From assembly GCA_036012755.1 (NCBI GenBank), contig DASCPX010000043.1, forward strand, positions 52,884 to 116,883: a stretch of DNA of 64,000 bases, written 5' to 3'. Each line of letters begins with the position of its first letter. Position 1 is the stretch's first letter. Position numbers and translations under genes: made by a program. This DNA comes from Myxococcota bacterium. GTDB lineage: Bacteria > Myxococcota_A > UBA796 > CAJQPC01. Shown one piece after another: positions 57,744-64,000 of the stretch. The notes beneath the pieces were generated by a model, which was given only the letters and a program-made list of their open reading frames with translations, searched no databases and was not told the origin of the DNA.

Positions 57744-60570
57744 AGGGCTCCTCTGGCAGCACGTAGGCCTCTGCCACGGGCTTGAGCGGCCGCTTGAGCC
57801 AGTAGGGCCGCCGCGTGCCGTCGGGGCTGTGCTCGACCGCCGAGCGGGTCAGGGCGTGCCACTCCCGGTAGACGGCCATGGACTTCGCCGTGTCGACGAA
57901 GACGTCGCCGTGACGCTCACCCGGCTCGGCTCGGCGCACGCTCAGGGCCTTCTGGAGCCAGACGTGGTGGCCGCTCACCGGGTCGGGCTGCACCGGGTGG
58001 GTCAGGTTCTGGTGCACGCCGACGTCATTCCACCAGATGCGGGCCGTGTCCGGGTCCTCTGACTCCCAGGACGAGCCGCCCTTCAGCAGCCGCAGGCGAC
58101 GCTGGTCCCCGTCCTCGCTGAGCTCGGCCAGGGCGGTCATGCCCGGGTTCCCGCCGAGCTCGTCTCGCAGTCGCCACCGACCCAGGTGGTGGCTCATCGC
58201 GATGATGCCGGGCTTGATGCCCTCTGTGACCCAGACCTTGTCCACGAACCAGCCGATGCGCGTCTGCACGCGGATGAGCTCGCCGCTGGCGACACCGATG
58301 CGCTGGGCGTCCAGGGGGTTCATCCAGACCGGGTTGTCGTGGGAGATCTCGTAGAGCCACTTGCAGTTGGCCGAGCGGGTGTGGATGAGGGCCGGCAGCC
58401 GGAAGTTCGGCAGCAGCACCATCTCGCCAGCGGCGCGGTCGATCTCGTCTGGGTGGACGTGGCTCGGGAGGTCCCACGGGATCACGTACTGCTGCTCCGT
58501 CCAGCCCCAGTCGTGCAGGGTCGGAGAGAACCACTCGAGCTTGCCGCTGGGCGTGCCGAAGCCCTTGCGCCGCACTCCGTCCACGACGACGCCTCCCTCG
58601 GCGACCACCGCCTCGTAGGGCAGGTAGTTGCTCTCGGCGACCTCGAAGGCGCCGTAGCGGCGCATGTACTCCAGCGGGCTCAGGTCCTCTCTCGCCGCGG
58701 CCTCGGGCAGGCCGGGCACGCTGTGCTCGAAGATCCAGGCCCAGTACTCGTCCTGGGTGATGGGCTGGCCGGGTCGCTGGGGGCTCTCGACGTACCGCCG
58801 GATCCCGAGGGAGCCGTCCGGGTCCATCTTCCAGCTCAGGTCCACCCAGAACTCGGACTCCTCCCAGACCTCGCCCGGGTTCGCCTCCCAGGTGCGGTCG
58901 ACCCGCTTCCCAGCGCGCTCCATGGCCACGCGACGCACTGGCTGGCGGAAGCCGATCCACATGCCCGAGTGGGTCTCCTGGCTCATCAGGTCGTGGCGCT
59001 CGCCGGCGTGACCCATCGGCAGGACGTAGTCGGCGAACCAGGCCGACTCGTTCCAGGTGGGGGTCAGCGCGACGTGGCACTTGATCGCCTCTGTGTCCCG
59101 CAGCGCCTTCATCCACATGAAGCCGTCGGGGTTGATCCACAGGGGGTTGTAGACGCGGGAGAAGTAGACATCGACGTCGCCGCGGCCTTCCTCCAGGAAG
59201 TGGGGCAGCAGGAAGCTCATCTCGTAGAAAGCAAAGGGCCACTCGTGGGGGAGGTGCAGGTCGTTCCAGGCGTCGAAGGGCGGTGGCTTGCGGAAGGGCT
59301 CCGGGACGAACTTGTTCCAGCTGTTGAGCGAGGTCCCCCCCTCCGTTCCCACGCTCCCGGTGAGCACGTTCAGGAAGAAGAGACAGCGCGCGACCTGCCA
59401 GCCGCCCCGGTTGCCCATCGAGGCGCTGCGCCAGACGTGCGCGGAGAGGCGACCACCGGCCTCGGCCACGTACTCGGCGGTCAACTCGATGCGCTCGATC
59501 GGGACCTGGGCCTCTTCGGCGGCGCGCTCGAAGGTGTACTCGGCGTAGAGCCACTTCAGCAGGGCATCGAAGTCCTCGAAGGTCTCGCCCCCTGAGAAGT
59601 GGGAGAGGCTCTGCTCCCAGTTGACCCAACGTCGCACGAACTCCTTGTCGTAGAGATCGTGTTGGATGAGGTGGTTCGCCACCGCCAGCAGGAGCGTGCA
59701 CTCGCTGCCGGGCCAGGTGGGCAGCCACACGTCGCTCTTGGCCGCGGTGTTCGACAGGCGCGGGTCGAGGGTCACGATCTTCGCGCCTCTTTCCTTGGCC
59801 TCGATGATGCGCTGGGCGTGGGGGTTGAAGTAGTGACCGGTCTCGAGGTGGCTGCTGACCAGCAGGATGACCCGGGCGTTGGCGTGGTCAGGGCTGGGCC
59901 GATCTCCGGCGGCCCACAGGAAGTAGCCGGCCCTCGCCGCGGAGCTGCAGATGTTCGTGTGGCTGTTGTGCCCGTCCACACCCCAGGCCTGGATGATCCG
60001 GTTTACGTAGTGGTCCTCTCCGGGACGACCCACGTGGTACATGATGCCGTCCCGTCGGCGCTGACGGCTGGCCCGCATCTTCTCCGCGATCTCGCTCAGG
60101 GCCACGCTCCAGCTGATCCGCTTCCACTGCCCGGAGCCCCGCTCGCCGACACGCTTCAGCGGGTACAGGACGCGCTCGGGATCGTAGATCTGGTTGTGGG
60201 TCGCCGGGCCCTTGGCGCAGTTGCGACCTCGACTGCCCGGGTGGACCGGGTTCCCCTCGAACTTGCGGATCTCGAAGGTCTGCTTGTCGACGTAGGCGAG
60301 CAGCCCACAGGCGGACTCGCAGTTGAAGCAGATCGTGGGGACCAGGGTGTAGCGACGGGCGACCTTGCGCGGCCACTTCGCGCCGTCGTACTCGACCCAG
60401 TCGTCCCACGACTCCGCGGGCGGGTAGCTGGACATCCTCCCGTCCGGGTGCTGGACGCGGGTCAGGTCGACGGGCTCGTCGTCGACCTCTGCGAAGGGCT
60501 CGGCGGCGGAGCGCGCCGGACTCGCCACAGAGAGCATCGCCTCGAGGAACTGGGTCAGGGCAGAGCTCAT
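57733..60570 (-). CDS. Mo-bisPGD oxidoreductase catalytic subunit, no Tat signal
   Basis: CFNCESAC..C Fe-S motif, SHTNICS, DPRLS, ADYVLP, TPSGKLE and HTRS. Confidence 0.9.
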   Translation of the reverse strand: MSSALTQFLEAMLSVASPARSAAEPFAEVDDEPVDLTRVQHPDGRMSSYPPAESWDDWVEYDGAKWPRKVARRYTLVPTICFNCESACGLLAYVDKQTFEIRKFEGNPVHPGSRGRNCAKGPATHNQIYDPERVLYPLKRVGERGSGQWKRISWSVALSEIAEKMRASRQRRRDGIMYHVGRPGEDHYVNRIIQAWGVDGHNSHTNICSSAARAGYFLWAAGDRPSPDHANARVILLVSSHLETGHYFNPHAQRIIEAKERGAKIVTLDPRLSNTAAKSDVWLPTWPGSECTLLLAVANHLIQHDLYDKEFVRRWVNWEQSLSHFSGGETFEDFDALLKWLYAEYTFERAAEEAQVPIERIELTAEYVAEAGGRLSAHVWRSASMGNRGGWQVARCLFFLNVLTGSVGTEGGTSLNSWNKFVPEPFRKPPPFDAWNDLHLPHEWPFAFYEMSFLLPHFLEEGRGDVDVYFSRVYNPLWINPDGFMWMKALRDTEAIKCHVALTPTWNESAWFADYVLPMGHAGERHDLMSQETHSGMWIGFRQPVRRVAMERAGKRVDRTWEANPGEVWEESEFWVDLSWKMDPDGSLGIRRYVESPQRPGQPITQDEYWAWIFEHSVPGLPEAAAREDLSPLEYMRRYGAFEVAESNYLPYEAVVAEGGVVVDGVRRKGFGTPSGKLEWFSPTLHDWGWTEQQYVIPWDLPSHVHPDEIDRAAGEMVLLPNFRLPALIHTRSANCKWLYEISHDNPVWMNPLDAQRIGVASGELIRVQTRIGWFVDKVWVTEGIKPGIIAMSHHLGRWRLRDELGGNPGMTALAELSEDGDQRRLRLLKGGSSWESEDPDTARIWWNDVGVHQNLTHPVQPDPVSGHHVWLQKALSVRRAEPGERHGDVFVDTAKSMAVYREWHALTRSAVEHSPDGTRRPYWLKRPLKPVAEAYVLPEEPFGR

Positions 60571-61964
60571 CAGCTGTTGGGGACCTCTTGGGGCGCCATC
60601 ACGAAGGCGTGTTCGTAGAGATAGAGCCCCGCGACGGCGGCGAGCAGCGGCAGGCCAGGGGGCGCTCCGACGACCAGCAGGCCCAGGGCGACGAGGTGGA
60701 GGGCGATGGACCCGCGCCAGTGGTTGCGGTAGCGGCCAGAGGTGATCCCGGTGGCGGCGCGCGCTGCGACCTCCGAGGAGTGGGGGCCCAGGATCTCGGC
60801 GCACATCAGGACCAGGCCCACGAGCAGCGCGGCTCCGAACAGCGAAGACAAGAGCTGGTCAGGCTCGAACAACGCGAGCACTCCGGAGCCGAGCATGAGG
60901 GCACTGACGGCCAGGTGCTGTGCCACCAGCCGGCCCTGCCAGAGGTCCCTGCCCTTCGCCTGGGCGAAGAGGAAGGCCGTGTAGACGGCGGCGCCCAGCG
61001 CCAGCGGGAGGGTGCCTTCGGCGAGGACAGCCCTGAACGGGACGGCCTCCATCCACTCCATCCAGACAGCTGCCTCCAGTCCCCACCACGCGGTGAGCCA
61101 GCAGCTGTAGGCGACGAGGACGAAGCCCCCCCGAGTGAGCCAGCTGCGCCACTGGGGCCGCAGCAGGATGCGGAGGAAGCGCTCGGGTCGCTCCAGGTCG
61201 TAGACCAGCAGTCCGGTCGTGAGGCCGAGGCAGACCAGGGCCAGGAGCCCGCCGAGGACCACCGTGTGAGCCTGCAGCGGGTACAGACCAAGGACCCCGA
61301 GGGCCATCAGAAAGGGCAGCCCCGCGGCGACGCCCTTCGTCACGAGGTAGGCCGGGACAGGCCAGTGCCAGGGGACCTCGTACCGGGCCTCGTGGGCCAC
61401 GACCACCGGCTCCTTCGGCTCCGCGGCGTCCTCGACGTAGAAGAGCTGGGGCGAGGTGCCCTGCTCGGGCTTGCGCACGGTCACGGTGTCGGCGGCGCGG
61501 GCGCGGCTTGCCTCTGAGGCGGGGTCGTCCAGGTCGCCGGCGATGATGGCGTGCACCGGGCAGACGACCACGCAGGCGGGCTCGACGCCGTTTTCGACCC
61601 GGTGGGCGCAGTAGTGGCACTTCGCCGCCGTGCCGGTCTCAGGGTCGACGTAGATGGCGTCATAGGGACATGCCTGCATGCAGGACTTGCAGCCGATGCA
61701 GGCGTCGCCGTCGACCTCGACGATGCCGTCCGAGCGCCGGTACATCGCCGCCACCGGGCAGATGCGCACGCAGGCGGGGTCGTCGCAGTGGTTGCAGCGC
61801 GTCACCCGGAACTGGCGCGTGACCTCCGGGTAGCGCCCGACCTCCGTGTACTTCACCCAGGTCCGGTAGACCCCCAACGGCACCTGGTTCTCGCTCTTGC
61901 AGGCCGTCGAGCAGGCGTGGCAGCCGATGCACCTGCGGTTGTCGATGACGAAGCCGTAGTTCAT
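60570..61964 (-). CDS. Fused 4x[4Fe-4S] (NrfC/DmsB-like) and NrfD/PsrC membrane anchor
   Basis: CIGCHACSTAC, CNHCDDPACVRICP, CIGCKSCMQACPY and KCHYC; then W.WPVPAYL, DLERPERF and SWLTRG. Confidence 0.9.
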   Translation of the reverse strand: MNYGFVIDNRRCIGCHACSTACKSENQVPLGVYRTWVKYTEVGRYPEVTRQFRVTRCNHCDDPACVRICPVAAMYRRSDGIVEVDGDACIGCKSCMQACPYDAIYVDPETGTAAKCHYCAHRVENGVEPACVVVCPVHAIIAGDLDDPASEASRARAADTVTVRKPEQGTSPQLFYVEDAAEPKEPVVVAHEARYEVPWHWPVPAYLVTKGVAAGLPFLMALGVLGLYPLQAHTVVLGGLLALVCLGLTTGLLVYDLERPERFLRILLRPQWRSWLTRGGFVLVAYSCWLTAWWGLEAAVWMEWMEAVPFRAVLAEGTLPLALGAAVYTAFLFAQAKGRDLWQGRLVAQHLAVSALMLGSGVLALFEPDQLLSSLFGAALLVGLVLMCAEILGPHSSEVAARAATGITSGRYRNHWRGSIALHLVALGLLVVGAPPGLPLLAAVAGLYLYEHAFVMAPQEVPNS

Positions 61965-62038
61965 GAGGCTACGAGTATGGGGCCTACCCCTCCGACGCGC
62001 GGGCGGCGGCTGGTACGTTGACTGCAGGCCCAAGCCCC

Positions 62039-63766
62039 ATGTTCCGTGTAGTCAGGGAGTTCCGCGTCTCGGACGTGCCCGCCGACCTGGCGGCGGCCCT
62101 AGCCGTGACCTTCATGGCGATCCCCCAGGGCATCGCCTACGCGATGATCGCTGGCCTGCCGCCGATGGTCGGCCTCTACGCGGCCACCTTCCCCGCCATC
62201 GCCGGCAGCCTGTTCCGCAGCTCACGCTTCGTCATCGCCGGGCCCACCAACGCGGTCAGCCTCATCGTCGGTGGCGCCATCGCCGCTCACTCCCTCGACC
62301 TCGGCCTCACGCCGACACAGGTCGCCGTAGAGCTCGCCCTGATGGTGGGGGCCTTCCAGCTGGCGGCAGGGGTCTTCAAGCTGGGCTCCCTCGTCGACTT
62401 CATCTCCGCGCCCGTAGTCCTGGGCTACATCGCCGGCGCTGGCGTCCTGATCGCAGCCGGCCAGCTCGGCAACCTCACGGGGACCCAGAGCGGCGGCTCG
62501 AACCTTCCGGAGAAGCTCTGGATCTGGAGTCAGGGCCTTGGTGATCTCCAGTGGTTGCCCCTGGTCGTGGGACTCGGGACGACGCTGGCGCTCCTGGGCC
62601 TGCGCCGCCTGGACCGGCGGATCCCCGCGGCGCTGCTGGTGCTCGCGGTCGCGACCGCAGCCAACGCGTTGTTCGACCTCCACGGCGCCGGGCTGACCGA
62701 GGTCTCGGACCTCGCGCCAGTGCAGTCGGGCCTCCCGCCGCTGTCACTCCCGGGTCTCCCTCACATGGAGCTCTTGTCGCTCGCGGCGGCGGTCACGGTC
62801 TTGTCCCTCGTCGAGTCCACCGCCGTGGCCCGGAGCATCGCGGATCGTGCTGGCGACACCCTCGACAGCTCCCGGGAGTTCGTGGGCCAGGGCTTCTCGA
62901 ACCTCGCGGCCGCGCTCTGTGGTGGCTACCCGGTCTCCGGCAGCCTGAGCCGCTCCAACCTCAACTTCCAGCTCGGGGCCCGAAGCCGCCTGGCGGGGGT
63001 GTTCGCGGGGCTCCTGGTCCTCGTGGCGCTGCTGGTGGCGGACACCGCGGTCCGGCGCATCCCGATCGCGGCGCTGGCGGGCCTGCTGCTCGTCGTCGCC
63101 GCCGACCTCGTGGACGTCGAGCGCATCCGGAAGGTCCTGCGAGGCGGGATCGGGGACGTCGCCGCCTTCCTGGCCACGCTGCTCGGCACCTGGACCCTCC
63201 CGCTGGATTGGGCCATCTACCTGGGCGTGGCCATCAGCATCGCCCTCTTCGTGCGGCGAGCCAGCCTGCTGATCGTGAGCGAGCTGGCTGTCGACGACAC
63301 CGGTCGCCTCCGGGAGCAGCCGGTGGGAGAGGGCTCGCGCTGCGACGCGGTGCGCGTGCTCCACATCGAGGGTGCCCTCTTCTTCGGCGCAGCGGAGGAG
63401 CTCAGGCAGGCCCTCACCACCGCGGCATCGCGGGACGGCACCCGGTCGGTCGTCGTCCGCCTCAAGCGCGCGCGGGGCCTCGACGCGACCGCGATGGCGG
63501 TCCTCGAGTCCGTCGCCGTGAGCATGAGGGCGCGGGGCCAGCTGCTGCTGCTCGTCGGCATGCGCCCTGCCGCGATGGCCCGACTGCGGGACAGCGGCGC
63601 GGCGGAGGTGATCGGAGAGGACAACCTCTTCCCGAGCAGGCGAGGGTGGTTCGTGGCCCTCGACGCGGCAGTAAGGCGCGGGCTGGACCACGCGAGCCCA
63701 CACGACTGCGAAGACTGCCCGCTGGAGCGCTACCTGGCGCTGAGGGGGGCTCGGGGGGTGGGGTGA
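62039..63766 (+). CDS. SulP family anion transporter with STAS domain
   Basis: IPQGIAYAMIAGLP..GLY, GPTNA, EFVGQG.SN, SGSLSRS, GALFFGAA and LDATA. Confidence 0.92.
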   Translation: MFRVVREFRVSDVPADLAAALAVTFMAIPQGIAYAMIAGLPPMVGLYAATFPAIAGSLFRSSRFVIAGPTNAVSLIVGGAIAAHSLDLGLTPTQVAVELALMVGAFQLAAGVFKLGSLVDFISAPVVLGYIAGAGVLIAAGQLGNLTGTQSGGSNLPEKLWIWSQGLGDLQWLPLVVGLGTTLALLGLRRLDRRIPAALLVLAVATAANALFDLHGAGLTEVSDLAPVQSGLPPLSLPGLPHMELLSLAAAVTVLSLVESTAVARSIADRAGDTLDSSREFVGQGFSNLAAALCGGYPVSGSLSRSNLNFQLGARSRLAGVFAGLLVLVALLVADTAVRRIPIAALAGLLLVVAADLVDVERIRKVLRGGIGDVAAFLATLLGTWTLPLDWAIYLGVAISIALFVRRASLLIVSELAVDDTGRLREQPVGEGSRCDAVRVLHIEGALFFGAAEELRQALTTAASRDGTRSVVVRLKRARGLDATAMAVLESVAVSMRARGQLLLLVGMRPAAMARLRDSGAAEVIGEDNLFPSRRGWFVALDAAVRRGLDHASPHDCEDCPLERYLALRGARGVG

Positions 63767-63767
63767 G

Positions 63768-63795
63768 GCGGGTTCGACTCCCGCCGCCTCCACCA
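63768..63795 (+). mobile_element. att-like 3' fragment of tmRNA (or Ala-identity tRNA)
   Basis: GCGGG-TTCGACT-CCCGC T-arm, CGCCTCC, then ACCA. No matching GGGGGCG 5' acceptor strand at tRNA or tmRNA distance upstream. Confidence 0.75.
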
Positions 63796-63827
63796 TCTTT
63801 TCTTCAATGATTGCAAGTGGTTGTTCA

Positions 63828-63998
63828 TCAATCGACCACTGAAATCCGCGGCACGTTCCGCAAACGTGCCGCAACTGCGCTGCTGGGATCTTCCAGCAGC
63901 AGCACCACGTCCTCCTGTGCCTCCGGGCTCAGGTGGGCGTAGCGCATGGTCGTCTTCACATCCTGGTGGCCCAGCAGGTTCTGCACCTTGTAGATGCT
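63828..63998 (-). CDS. Tyrosine recombinase/integrase, C-terminal end (truncated by window)
   Basis: Manual translation SIYKVQNLLGHQDVKTTMRYAHL contains the LGH box and the catalytic Tyr. Confidence 0.9.
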   Translation of the reverse strand, partial: SIYKVQNLLGHQDVKTTMRYAHLSPEAQEDVVLLLEDPSSAVAARLRNVPRISVVD

Positions 63999-64000
63999 GG

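Noticed and set aside
63720..63795. Intact tRNA or tmRNA gene
   Set aside because: Only the T-arm and 3' acceptor strand are present. The upstream sequence is sulP coding sequence with no matching 5' strand.

Overview
This is high-GC bacterial DNA. Cys-led C-terminal sorting tails, DUF2330 and DCDD-type metal-binding repeats suggest a Myxococcota-like organism (inference). Bases 1-41.4 kb hold mixed housekeeping and envelope genes: serA-serC, MscS, DUF1015, a large FHA-like protein, a peptidase/deiminase operon, a TetR-RND efflux operon, a MazEF-like toxin-antitoxin pair, and tonB-tonB-exbB-exbD-exbD-ispA-tlyA. Bases 41.4-56.8 kb are one tightly packed operon for a type II sulfur-oxidising heterodisulfide-reductase-like (sHdr) system: DsrE, LbpA, sHdrC1-B1-A-H-B3, EtfBA, EMO, TusA, DsrE, and the LipS1/sLpl(AB)/LipT/LipS2 lipoate assembly genes. 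It converges on a Tat-less molybdopterin oxidoreductase module (fused FeS-NrfD subunit, TorD) and is followed by a SulP transporter. The block ends at a tmRNA-like 3' fragment (att-like) next to a tyrosine integrase. Other notable items are an apparent SecY-like/SecD-P1 fusion protein and an RND permease fused in frame to TolC. All calls come from reading motifs by eye; no database searches were run, and some start codons are estimates.
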